Shown: positions 48,728 through 60,745, counted from the stretch's first letter. The stretch: 64,000 nucleotides of DNA from Felis catus (GCF_018350175.1 NC_058368.1:25174001-25238000), one strand, 5' to 3'. Notes: generated by a model from the sequence alone, not told the origin. Translations and numbers: made by a program.

Positions 48728-49180
48728 CAGGCCCGCCCCTGACGTTTGCAGGGCTCGAGGCCAAAGTGCAGATGGAGGTCCACACGCTTCCAAGTTCAGA
48801 TACTTATGAGTACAAATCAAGGTAAGAGACTCTTAAAATATGTTCTATCCTCCCCCTTTAGGAATTCCCCCTTCCGGAGTGATCTGCATGGCCACGACCC
48901 CCAGCCAGTGGCCTGTCTTGCTTTCTTCATCATGAGGCTTAGTCTGGCACTATGACAGGTCCCTGGCAAAGGCAAATGAACCTCCACAGGCCACACATCC
49001 CAACTCTGTGCATATCCCCCCAAAATAGTCATCCATGGGCCATATCTCATGTCTAACGGTCCACCTTCTGGATGTTGGGTCCCAGAAATAGCACAGCTAC
49101 AGGACGTTGACTTAGAGCCATTGGGTAGGGAATACAGGATCTCCGTTATCTGGAGTGTGGTCTCCAAGGGTCGGTTCAAG
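48728..49180. mobile_element. FordPrefect-like hAT-Tip100 remnant (right end approximate)
   Basis: caggcccgcccctgacgtttgcagggctcgaggccaaagtgcagatggaggtccaca...aaatcaagg...aaaatatgttctatcctcc. Confidence 0.5.
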
Positions 49181-50545
49181 GGCTCCAGGCAGGCACAACC
49201 CATCAGTGCCTCACCTCAAGAGGAGGGGTATAGCCAGAAGAGTATATGGGTGCATTCAGCCTTTTGCTACGTCAGCGGTCTTGCCGAGGTATGGGAGGGG
49301 AAAGTGGGTCTAGATCAGTCTAGCAAGTGGACAGATTTCCTGGGTTGATCGAGCAGCCTGTCCTTCTCAAACAACTTGTAAAGAGCAATCTGCTATTAAT
49401 AAAAGGAATGTCTGAGGCTTAGAGTAATCTCTGTAAAAAAAGTAAAAGCAAATAAAGTACCCCTCTGACATGAAAAGTTTGTTCCTCAAGGCTTTCATTT
49501 TATAGCCTACGACAGCAGCTGAGCACTGTCCTCGGTGTCCTCCTCCTGGCCAGAGCCCCGCGCCTCCTCTGTGTCCCATCACCGCTGGGTTCTGGGTAAG
49601 GGGCTGCCAGGAGACCTTCCTGATAAGCCCCCAGCCGTGGACTCACAAGGACACACACACACACACACACACCTACGCACTCCTGAGAATGTAGCAGCCA
49701 AAAATAAAAGGCGCAGGACAGGGCCTCCACCTGAAAACAAACAGCCTTTCCAAGGATACGGTCCAGAACAGGGTTCCATTTATACATCATTCACGCATTC
49801 GTTTACTCCAGCAACAAAAGCTGATGGAGAGTTTACCCGATGCCAGATACTTTCAAGTGCTGGATTTGCCCATCACTGGGCTAGGCACTGGGCAAACTAA
49901 ATACGGCCCCTGCCCTCAATGGCGTCCACCCTAGCTGAGGAGGGAAGGCCGCGAGCTAGTAATTTCGGCGTGAGCTGGACAGGTCTTAACTGCCGCTTGA
50001 CTCCACAGGGCAGAGAGAGAGAGCCGGCATCCATCTTACGGAGGCTTATTGGTCTCAGACAACACCAGTCGGGACTGTGGCCGAGCCACCTAAATGCTAT
50101 AAAGGACAAGAGCCAACATGATCCTCGTACGTGAAGGTGACACTAATATCCCGATGGATGGCACAAATACGTATCAAGCATCTAGCGCGTTTCAGGCACC
50201 ATGTGAGCAGTGAGGACGTGTGGGCAACAAGTCCCCATCCTGAAGGCTCTCAAAAGGCAGGAAACTATGTATAAATCAACCAGCCCCGGGCAGCCAAGAG
50301 CCAGGGCCTAGGAACTAAAGAAGGGCCCTGAGAGCTCAAGATCTGAGTCCTAGGTTTTGTTCTCAGAATGTCACCCACATATTCCTTCCCCGCTCCTCAC
50401 AGAGTGAGACTGTCCTGGATGTATACCTGACCAGGCGGGTCAAGAGGCTTTCGAAATCATAGGACTGGTGTGCGTACAGACACGTGTATGGACCCCTCTC
50501 ACTGCTCTTTGCCCATGGATCTTGGTTCTTAAAAAGTTTGGTTCA

Positions 50546-50752
50546 GGGGCGCCTGGGTGGCTCAGTCGGTTGAGCGTCCGACTTCGGCTCAGGTCATGAT
50601 CTCATGGTCCGTGGGTTCCAGCCCCGCGTCGGGCTCTGTGCTGATGGCTCAGAGCCTGGAGCCTGTTTCAGATTCTGTGTCTCCCTCTCTCTCTGACCCT
50701 CCCCCGTTCATGCTCTCTCTCTGTCTCAAAAATAAATAAATGTTAAAAAAAA
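50546..50752 (+). mobile_element. SINEC_Fc
   Basis: TSD AAAAAGTTTGGTTCA at 50531-50545 and 50753-50767. Confidence 0.97.
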
Positions 50753-53700
50753 AAAAAGTTTGGTTCACCAAAATTTTCGTTTTCATTGTCCTCTTTTCCA
50801 ATTAATTAGTTAACGGCATACATATATCCCAAGGCCCAAGCCTTCTGTGTGTCTGCTAACCCATATCTCCCTGCTGAATTTACATAATTTTGCTCATCGG
50901 CAAAAGAAACTGTGTGTGCAGTGATGTAACGGAGGCAAGAATCAGGTATTCTTAGAGATGGGCCTTGACTCGGTGGCCAGATACAGCAATGTTTAGGGAA
51001 TAAGCTTCCAGGCCCACCCCTACAGTGAAGGATCTCTCTGCAATACTTAAACCGATCTTCATGGCTGGAAAACCACGAATTTCATACAGGCAAGTCCATT
51101 TCTAGCCTTCGTTATTCTGACTAACCACCAATTTCACCAACAAAAGCCTCTGCGAAATGTTAATTAGCAGCATCTGGTGTGGATCAGAAATACGGATACT
51201 GAGGCAATGGCAGTTGTCATCTCTGGAGTGTGGCCTTCCTGCTAAAGTGTCGGATGATCACCTCAAAGAGTGACTTCCTGGTTAGGGAACTGATAGCCTC
51301 TATAGTCTGGTTAAAAAGGTTCACGTTTATACCACATCCCTCCCACTAAAATATTTCAAAGAAAATCATGGACATTACCATGCTGTCCACAGGAAGATCT
51401 CATCCATCTGTGTCCCAAGTATAACTAAGTCTGGGGGAAATGGAGCATGGGACACATTCTCTAATGAAGATGTTCTATCCCAGGTGACAAGAGTGCCACT
51501 GTTGTTTTCTGCTCTCAGCGTATTTTTTGACTGCTTGAAAGGCATTCCAGAGTCCTCCTGGGTTTTGTGGGCACGTCTACAGTCACGGTAGGTTTTGACG
51601 AAAAGAGGGGAAGGGCCAAGGTGTCCCGGGAAAATGGAACAGGCAACGCTCAGCCTTCAGCCTTGACCGTCCCTCCTGGAAAGAGCGAGAATTTTTAGGC
51701 ACTGCAGAGTGGGACCTAGGGGTAGCTAACAATTACTCCCTCTTCTTAGCAGCCCTGATTACAAACTTGGTGCAGGCCCTGACGTTATCCCCAAACTCTG
51801 ATACCTACCCTGAAATTTTACCCCCTCCCCCACCTGCTTTTTGGCTCTGGGTGTGAAACGCACTGATAAGCATGTTGCTCTCCCCTCCCCCCCCCCTTAA
51901 GTCACTCGCATAAAAGAGACTTTGCGTGAGCAAAGTCTAAGCAAATGCCTGTCATCTGAAATTAGGTGCAAACCCTCCCCCAGCTGAAATACAGTAGCAA
52001 GCAGGGCTTGCTGGCCACAGAGAGCAGAAAGGGTCATGAGATTTTCCAGGGGCAGTTGTCCTCTTTGGAGGCCAGGATTTGGAGAGAGAGCCATTACCAA
52101 CCATAGGAGTGTGGCTGATCAAATTAAGGAAGGCGTTTTTTAAATTCAATTACACCCTCAGTGGAAATGGTCTCACTAATGCTTGGGGAAAGAATTATAC
52201 CCAGTCCATAAAGCCTAACACTTCTAAACCCAATTTTGCACATTATTCTAAAGGTTAATTCAAGATCTCTCTTCCAAATGGGAAGTTAAATGCAGCCAAT
52301 GGGAGGAAGGCATCTGCTGACTGACTGAGGAGTTTATCAGCCTGTAAGAGTTCATTAGTTTTAATTAGCGTAATCACTAATGTTGCATTAACAGTTTAGT
52401 GAAGGAAAGTAATTACTCACACATCCACTGTATTAGATGGGAAGATTAGAATTCATTTTCCAAAACGATTAGCATTTTGCCAATTAAAAGAATCCTTTCT
52501 CCCTGCCAGAAACCCTGTGACCTCACTCACCCGAAGATCGTTTAAACGAAACATATTTTGCATCAGAAAATGGAGCAGGAAGAAGGGGAAGAAGTAAGGC
52601 TGGGTTTATTCCTAGAGCCTTCTTGGGGCACAGCGATTGCAGGGGCTCCCTGAGTTGATAGTGTCCCGCTCTATTTGCATAGTCATTCACTTCAGTGGCT
52701 TCAGATTGTGCCCTGGGCTTTGTCACCCAGCAGCAATTAAAAAATGAAAAGGCTAGTGGAAGATGAGGCCGAAGGAAGCAAGGTGGAAGGGCCGTTGCTA
52801 AGGTCCTCTGGTTGGACAAGAGTGGGACTTACCACCGGCCCCATCCTGAGCGCGCAGGAGCGCTCTACCGCAGGAAGCTGTGTCTCTTGGGCCCCTGAAT
52901 GACTTCCCCTGAGCACCGGTGATATCTTGCCGCCTCTGGCTGCTCTCCGGCACCACGGCCACCTCTTCTCCATCTCTACCAGGATCCCCAGAGACCCATT
53001 TCTGCGACGGGAATTTCAGGATGTTCTGCCATCATGGGTCTGTGTGGGGACAGGAGGCCCCAGGCCAAGTGCAATGTTGGGGTTTCCAGGCCCTTATGTT
53101 GGCCTGTGTTCAGTCCAGAGTGCCGCCCACGTGCAAAGATCATCTGGCCAGGACAGACACAGGCAGGCATGGACTGAGGCAGAAGGCCACCGGCAGTAAT
53201 CACCCAAATCCACACCTAAAGGGAAATGCCATCTTGATGTAATACTTACTAACAAGTATTGCAATACTTGTAATAATTTGATGTAGTTATTAAAGCTGTC
53301 TCACAAGCATTATTTCCTTCGATCCCCAAACAACCCTTTGAGATACATATTTTGTTGATAGGGAAACTGACTTAATCAGGGCTACGGGACAAATAAACAG
53401 TGAAACAGAATAGAGTCTGCGGACATCCAGCCTGTGATCATCACAGATTCTGATCTCTGTCACCTTTGACTGATCTGGGCTCTGTTCCCAGCGGCACCCC
53501 TTATGAGCCACGTCACCTTGGGCAAGGGACTCAACATCTCTAGGTTTCTTCATCTGCAAGACTAATATAATATGTTTCTCTAGTGATTGTTGTAAGAACA
53601 AAGTGAGAGAGAGGAGCTTCTCAGAGGCTGGGAGAGGGGACCGCGTTTGGGGCTTTCTGTGTGAGGCCGAGACCAGTCCTCTTGAGCCCGGCAGACGAAC

Positions 53701-53907
53701 CCCACTGCCAGGCCTGAGTCTGTTGGAAAGACCTGGGGGGACCCTGGCATGTGGCCGACAGTGTGCGAGCCCTGGGCTTTTGTACGTTCCCAAGGGATAC
53801 GAGAAACTCCCCCTCTCCCACTGACTGAATGGTACATGCCACCAGCAGGCAGGTAGGAGCTAAGCCAGATTTAATTTTTTCATTTGTTTTTTAAAGAGGA
53901 ATTGATC

Positions 53908-54117
53908 GGGGCACCTGGGTGGCTCGGTCGGTTAAGCGTCCGACTTCGGCTCAGGTCACGATCTCACGGTCCGTGAGTTCGAGCCCCGCGTCGGGCTCTG
54001 TGCTGACAGCTCAGAGCCTGGAGCCTGTTTCAGATTCTGTGTCTCCCTCTCTCTCTGCTCCTCCCCTGTTCATGCTCTGTCTCTCTCTGTCTCAAAAATA
54101 AATAAACTTTAAAAAAA
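53908..54117 (+). mobile_element. SINEC_Fc
   Basis: TSD TAAAGAGGAATTGATC at 53892-53907 and 54118-54133. Confidence 0.97.
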
Positions 54118-55613
54118 TAAAGAGGAATTGATCTTTCCCGTGAAAAATTAAATGAAGTAATTATGCAAAAAAATACCAACTTTCCACAGTGCCTAATTCC
54201 TAGCAGAGGTTACCTACTAGTCAGTCCCCTTTCCTGTATTTAACACGAAAGGGGAAGTCAGACCCATCACTAGCAGGATTCTGGAACACAGCCTCCCTCA
54301 TGGGCCTGGCAGGGGTGCAGGATGGGTGACGGCACGCTGCCCCTCCGCTTCCGCCCAGGAACAGCGCAGGAACCACGGAAAGGCCCCTGTGGCTCACCCC
54401 CGAGGTCGGCTGCCATCCCCGGGCAGGGCACAGAAACTGGCAGCTGGAGCTAACAAGCCGGTGCGACGCCCGCCTGCCTCTAGGTCACCTGGGCCACAGG
54501 GTGACAAGCACATCATGTGGGGGTGTGTACGCAGTGGAGGGGGGGTGGGGCCCAGGATACCCTAAAGAAAGGGAAGCCAGCCAGGCCTCCACCATTAGCC
54601 AGCCTCGAGCCCAGGGAGACGGGCACCCTGGCAGCCACAGTGGCACGAGTCAGAAGGCAGACCTTCACCCTCAAACTCTCCACGTTGGGGACGAAAGGAA
54701 CCGAGAGGAGGAGGCAAGGGTCCAAAGGCACCTGCAGTCCTGATAGGGCTTGGAGAGCCGGGGCACAAGGGACACGGTGCCTGAGTTCCGCCCAGAGGCC
54801 GGCTGCCCCGGGATGGCCTCGTGCCCCGAGGGCCCTGCGAGGTGCCACCTCACTGCACGGCCCCGGTCCCGCAGGCTAATTCAAGGAACCCGAGCTGGAA
54901 CTCCAGGAATGGAGGAGGAGCTGGAGGCAGGGAGAGCTTCAGGAAGGGAGAAGGGGGGGAGCAGGGCTGCCGTGTTCAGAGTCAGGGGGGTGTCAAAACG
55001 GCCAAGCTTTGTAACCTTGGGCACGCAACCACGGAAGTCTGTTTCTTCAACTGAAAAAATAGGAACCGTAGTCCTGGGGTCACAGGGAGGACCCTTGCGA
55101 AAATCACAATTAATGAGGCGCACACTGATGTCTGTGCCACCCACAGCCAGAAACACGGTTCATCCTGCTCACAGCTGATCCCCCTAAGCACCCTCACGGT
55201 CCGGCCAGAGAAGGTATTCAATCAGTGTTTACTGATACCTGATCAGCAAGAGCCATCACAGCTCCTGGGGCAGGGGGGGGTGTTTGTGGACACACTGCCA
55301 TGAGGAACAAAGGATCGGGAGAGTCTCGGGGTGGAGGCTTCCTCGCATTGAGCCCCTGGGAAGCTGCTCTGGAGCAGTGAGCCTGGAACAGGGCAGAAAT
55401 GTGCCCGCTGGGGGGGGGCGGTCGGGGGTAAGGGCGAAGTCCCGGGAGTCACAGATGAGGCTCCCTGCCTGGGAACTGTGGCCCAAGTTGCACATCATCA
55501 GCTCTGCATCCCTCCTGAGGACCCAGGGGAGGGCACCCAAGACGGCACAACCCTTTGGCAGCACTGGAAGGACAAACAGGCACTTACCTGTTGTTCTAAT
55601 AAGAATAGCAATG

Positions 55614-55797
55614 GGGGTGCCTGGGTGGCTCAGTCGGTTAGGTGGCCGGCTCTTGATTTCAGCTCTGGTCATGATCTCACAGTTTGTAAGTTCGAGCCCC
55701 ACGTCGGGCTCTGTGCTGACAGTGCGGAGCCGCTTGGGATTGTCTCTCTCCCTCTCTCTCTCTCTCTCTCTCAAAATAAATAATTAAACGTAAAAAA
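55614..55797 (+). mobile_element. SINEC, older-type copy
   Basis: Head with ctcttgatttcagctc variant; diverged TSD aagaatagcaatg / aataatatcaatg. Confidence 0.93.
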
Positions 55798-56269
55798 TAT
55801 AATAATATCAATGATAAGAAAGGGAGGGGAGGAATTCCATTGGCTTCTAATGCCTGCACAAAAATATTAGCGGTATTAAAAAAGCAAAAAAAAATTGCTT
55901 TTTGTCTTTATGACTAATGACCATCATAATGCACGTTGAAGGGGGAAATTGCCTATGTGTTTCAGTATTTTGTTAAGGAATCAGAAAGACATAAATATTG
56001 TCTTTTCTTGGACTGAAGTTTCAGAATCTCAACCACCCAAGGCATCTACCTCAATTTTTTTTAGGGGTTTGTTTTTGTTTTTGTTTTTGTTTTAACATGC
56101 TGTTAGCTTTGGAAAATATCTTCTTCGCGAAAGGAATTTTTTGCGGGAGCTTCCGTTTTTAATTGGCACAATTTAGATCCTATACCAAAATGACACGACG
56201 TGGAGAAGATTTAACAATGTCTCAGCACCTAGATCCGGCAAGACCTTCAGAACAATTTAATTGTGTCTC

Positions 56270-56400
56270 ATGAAAGCATCTGTCAAATCAGATAATCACA
56301 AGTGTTGGCGAGGACGGGGAGACACTGGAATCCTCTTACCCGGCCGACGGGAATATAAAATGGTGCTGCCACTTTGGAGAACAGTCTGGCAGTTTCCCCT
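56270..56400 (+). mobile_element. Old L1M ORF2 fragment
   Basis: KSDNHKCWRGRGDTG...KMVLPLWRTVWQF resembles the L1 ORF2 C-terminal Cys-rich segment. Confidence 0.7.
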
Positions 56401-56420
56401 CGTTTCTGGTGGGGTGGTGG

Positions 56421-56637
56421 TTTTAATATTTATTTATTTTGAGAAAGAGAGAAAGAGAGAGAAAGCATGGTGTGCTCAGGGGAGCAGCGAAGGCATGCAG
56501 AGAGGGAGACAGGGAATCCCCAGCAGGCGCTGCACGGTCAGCCCAACGTGGGGCTCGAACTCACGAACCGTGAGATGGTGACTGGAGCCGAAATCAAGAG
56601 TCGGATGTTCAACCGGCCGAGCCACCCGGGTAGCCCC
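56421..56637 (-). mobile_element. SINEC, older-type copy, about 140 bp upstream of the SIAH3 acceptor
   Basis: ...gggctcgaactcacgaaccgtgagat...gccgaaatcaagagtcggatgttcaaccggccgagccacccggg. Confidence 0.92.
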
Positions 56638-56749
56638 GGCCCCTTGGTTTTGTTTTGTTTTTTTTTTTAAGAAACAAAGCTTTCGCCGCCTGCTTTCCAC
56701 TCTTGGCACACCTGGGGAGCCTCAGCCAGGCTGAGGGACTGGCCTCAGC

Positions 56750-56775
56750 CACTAACACTCTCCTCTCTCCCGCAG
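56750..56775 (+). promoter_or_regulatory. SIAH3: 3' splice site of the SIAH3 coding exon: branch point CACTAAC (56750-56756), polypyrimidine tract, AG (56774-56775); phase 0
   Basis: cACTAAC matches the YNCTRAC consensus, branch A at 56755, followed by actctcctctctcccgcag and the in-frame TAT GTG TCC. Confidence 0.92.
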
Positions 56776-57444
56776 TATGTGTCCAGCCGACGCGCCGTCA
56801 CTCAGAGCGCACCAGAGCAAGGCGGCTTCCCCCCTCACCACCTCACCCACCACCACCGCCCCCACCGCCCCCACCACCACCTCCGCCACCACGCCCGCCC
56901 CCACCACCTCCGCCACCAGGAGGCGGGGCTGCACGCCGCCCAGGGGACACCCTGCATGTGCCCCTTGTTCTCCTGCCAGTGGGAAGGCCACCTGGAGGTG
57001 GTGGTGCCCCACCTGCGGCAGATGCACAGGGTTGACATCCTCCAGGGAGCGGAGATAGTCTTCCTGGCCACGGACATGCACCTCCCCGCCCCAGCCGACT
57101 GGATCATCATGCACTCCTGCCTCGGCCACCACTTCCTGCTGGTGCTCAGGAAACAGGAGAGGCACGAAGGGCACCCCCAGTTCTTTGCCACCATGATGCT
57201 GATCGGGACCCCCACCCAGGCCGACTGCTTCACCTACCGCCTGGAGCTCAACAGAAACCACCGGCGTCTCAAGTGGGAGGCCACCCCCCGGTCCGTTCTC
57301 GAGTGCGTGGACTCGGTGATCACCGATGGGGACTGCCTCGTCCTCAACACCTCCCTGGCCCAGCTCTTCTCCGACAACGGCAGCCTCGCCATCGGCATCG
57401 CCATCACCGCCGCCGAGGTCTGCTCCGCAGAAGCCGAGGTGTGA
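56776..57444 (+). CDS. SIAH3: SIAH3 (seven in absentia homolog 3) terminal coding exon, 222 codons plus TGA; N-terminus encoded by an exon not found in this window
   Basis: After the acceptor ...ctctcctctctcccgcAG the frame reads YVSSRRAVTQSAPEQ, a His-rich tract, CMCPLFSCQWEGHLEVVVPHLRQMH (C-x6-C-x11-H-x4-H zinc finger), then LQGAEIVFLATDMHLPAPADWIIMHSCLGHHFLLVLRKQERHEGHPQFFATMMLIGT...FTYRLELN...RLKWEATPRS...GDCLVLNTSLAQLFSDNGSLAI (SINA/SIAH substrate-binding domain). His tract and lack of RING identify SIAH3 rather than SIAH1/2. GC3-rich codons, no disruptions. The ORF-track start at 56779 is a GTG, not a true start. Confidence 0.96.
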   Translation, partial: YVSSRRAVTQSAPEQGGFPPHHLTHHHRPHRPHHHLRHHARPHHLRHQEAGLHAAQGTPCMCPLFSCQWEGHLEVVVPHLRQMHRVDILQGAEIVFLATDMHLPAPADWIIMHSCLGHHFLLVLRKQERHEGHPQFFATMMLIGTPTQADCFTYRLELNRNHRRLKWEATPRSVLECVDSVITDGDCLVLNTSLAQLFSDNGSLAIGIAITAAEVCSAEAEV

Positions 57445-60400
57445 AGCCAGAGGCCAACGGACGTTCCCGCCCGGCCCCCCTCCGCCGAGACACTCTGCCT
57501 GTGGCCCTGGGATCCCCGGTTGCCGGGACTCCAGGCTCCTTTTTATTCTTCTCCCTCCTTCCCTCCCTTCTTTTTTTTTGTCTCAGGTACTTTGTGGTAC
57601 TTAGTCTTTGTCTGCCATGGGCATTTTAGTAGGTAAACATCCTGTGATTCAAGACCTTGGTGTGATGTTTGTCCTGATTTGTCAGTAGAGTTTTCTAGAG
57701 CATTTCTAATCCACTTTGATCGGGAGGGTTATTTCCTGCCACCCCCAGGTCCCTCCTCTGCTGCTTCCCCAATGAGCGAGAGCCACCGAGACCGCAAAGC
57801 GGACCGTTGGGGTTGAAAGGAGATTTGGTGTCCCAATCATTTCTTCCTTCTCTTTTCAGTCTATTTCGGACCAAGCCAACCCTGAACTGTGTGAGGACAG
57901 CAGGTTGGGGAAGGGGACCTGGCCAGCTCTGAGGTGTATTCCAGACCAACCACACGCAACTCTGACAGCTTCCCGCGAACCTTAGGGTCAGGGCTAAGCT
58001 GCCTGGACACGAGGACGTGGCATCACCTCTGAAGGCCAGGGAACCCGGGCTGGAGGTACCACGACGCCATGAGCCCTCCGGTTTGATCCTGGGGCTCGAG
58101 GGGGTGCACAGATGCTGAACCCTCTGTTGGGTGGGCTGCTGTGGGCTTCCTGCCGGCCTGGGCCATGGTTTCTTGCTCCGGAATCAAAGTCCTCTTGTTT
58201 TTTGTGATTTCATGAAAACCTCTTTGCCCTCTGTGGAGCGAGTAAGAAAGAATAGGCGAGATGCAAGGGAAGGGAAGCAGCTGAGAAAACAAAAGATAAA
58301 ATTAATCTCCCAGCTCTGGGAGGGCGTTCTCTCTGTAGAGAGTTTTATTATCGAATCATAAAATCCATCGATCCTTTCGCTAGGGTAGAACACTTTGGTG
58401 TCGTGCAAAGGACCCACTTGACTCTTGACAGTCAGTAAGGCGGAACCACGACTTAGCATCAACCATAAGGAATTTGGAGGGTGTGCAGGGGACCTCTGAC
58501 TTCCGGGGGGCAGAGGTCACTCGTACACCTAGGGCAGGGGAAAAGGGGTCCTCTTTCCTTACTTTCAAAGGGCTCCGAGGGCCCCATTCCGCACACAAAC
58601 GTTGTCGCTGGTCAACTATTATTCAGCGCCCTGTTGCAGCGTGAATGAAAAGGTGACAAAATCCATCTTGCTTGTTGTTGCTTTCTCTTATTTGCTTTCT
58701 CTTATGGCTTGCTTGTAGACTGCTTTCTCTCATTTGGCTGTCGCAACAATTCAGCACCTTCTTGTGGAAGTCTCTCTCGTGTAGTTGAAGAAAGTACGCG
58801 TGTTTAATTGACTTTGTCTCTTCTGTCCAAAGGTGAATACCTTTCAGCCTTCCCAGTGGGCCCCTTCTCCCCGCTGTTTACTGTTTTGTTCTCTCCTTGG
58901 CTACTCTCCAGTCGCTGAAAAGCATGGCGCCCAAACCCCACACAACGCTGATTAGAATTGAGTGGGCCTTCGGCCGCCCAGAGGTCGCTCATTGCCCTAC
59001 TCCCTCGGTGTCTTGGCTGCATCCGAGCAGGCCTCCAAACGAGTCCTTAGTTTCAGACAGCTTGGCCTGGCATCAGCAAGTCTTTCCCTCACCAAAAGTG
59101 TTGGATCCTGAGACACAACACCCTTCTCCCCCCAAGTCGGTATTCCTCCAGTCACCTATTCTGCCAACCCACACCGCGAGCACCGGTCAAATTTCATAAT
59201 GCAACCCCCTCTAGTCACACAGCAATCACTCAGACCCTGGGGCCAAACTTTTGTTAGGTTAGACCCTGAGGGGGCCCGTAAACATCATGTCGCTGACTGA
59301 GGCAAACATCAGGTCACGGTCCCAAGGAAAGGGTTGTAACCTGTTTGCTCTATCAGAAGATCCTTCCAGGACTCCAGCTCTCCCCTCGGGCCACACAGCC
59401 CAGGAATCAAGCTGAGGCTGGTTGGCCGGTGCTGGGAGAGACTAGCCCGCTTGGCTCCTTCCTTTATTCCCAGGTCCTTCCTCCAAACCTCAGATCCCCT
59501 TGCCTGTAAGTTTGACACCTCGGGAAGCCACAGTCCCTCCCCGGGTTTCCGATACTCAACTACTCTGAAACATTTATTGTAGCCTCACAGGTGCCCCAGG
59601 TACACAAACAAACAAAACCTCAACAAGAATATAATTACAGTTCACAGGGGCCTTAGGATTCCGGCAAACATCACCTCTGCCTTCTTGTCGGGCTGTTACC
59701 TGAGCCAGACTAGGAATAACTTCAGGTGATTATTATTGTACACAAGACTGTATTATGAATAAGTGACCCCAGATAGGAACTGGTATTTGGGTTCCTAGGA
59801 ATGTTTAGAATTAAGGGTAGAAATGTTTTCTTTGCATCCATCTATGGTGCTCCCAAGAAGGCCTGCCTCTCCATATCCAGATGTTGAGGAATTGAAGAAA
59901 AGAGAGCAAACAAAAAGATAATAGAGAATTGAAAACGATACGAACAAAGTGTGTGGTGTTGAGCTTTATAGCCACAAAGGGCCCCCTCGTTTGAATCTCG
60001 GGTTAATCCTTATTGGCATCCTCGATAGACCAGAAAAAATTAGAGATCCTGAGACACGAAATGACCTTCCCAAGGTCACACGTCAAGTGGGTGGGACCAT
60101 GACTAGAACCTAGCCAACTGCCTACAGATTTGGTATTCTTGAAAAAGAAAGACCGACCCCAAATATTCAGCAGTATTCCCGCCTCATCAGTGGACTGTGG
60201 GCCTGAGGGTCAACTGGGTCTTGGCTCTGGGATACCTGAGGGATCAGGGAGAGAGAGAGACTGGAGTGGATTTGCTTTTAGATGGCAGCCCAACTTGAAG
60301 AAGTGGTCAACCTGGAAGCAGGGGATGGGGTGGTGGGAGTGAGAACTGGCTGTGGAGTCTTCGGGATCATTACCTACTCCAGGGTCCTCTTTCTTGGATT

Positions 60401-60745
60401 TCCAGGAATCTGTCCAGTGAATAGCCCGGGGATCCTGTTGCCTCACTGACACCCAGGTGCTGACTTAATGACTCAACCTGCTAAGGAGTGTCTGCATGTT
60501 AAAAGCCTAGGGAGAAAGCCACACTTACAGCGAGAAATGAGTTACCAGTATTTCAATTTCAGGCATTTGTGAGAATGATTCTTTCAGGAGGTGTGGATAT
60601 TCCTCCCCTTGAGGGAGGCCTACATAAATGGTGGATGCTGAAACGGAGGTCAGGCCATACAAAGCAGATTATCTTTCACAGTCTTTGCCTGAACCTACAT
60701 CTGAGATAGATCCCATCGCTACCCATGGCTACCTGGGACATTTTA

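Larger units (their letters stand above)
1..56775 (+). other. SIAH3: Probable 3' portion of the long SIAH3 intron
   Basis: No other credible exon seen. SIAH3 is recalled as a two-coding-exon gene with an intron of tens of kb in human. Inference only. Confidence 0.7.

Noticed and set aside
56655..57261. Poly-Pro ORF (56655-57035), Thr/Pro-rich ATG ORF (56777-57058) and antisense ORFs (56752-57261, 56835-57233)
   Set aside because: Shadow frames of the GC3-rich SIAH3 exon and its CNC repeat; no independent evidence of translation.
56776..57444. SIAH1/2 processed pseudogene
   Set aside because: Intact frame, canonical splice acceptor, SIAH3-type His tract, no poly(A) tail or TSD.
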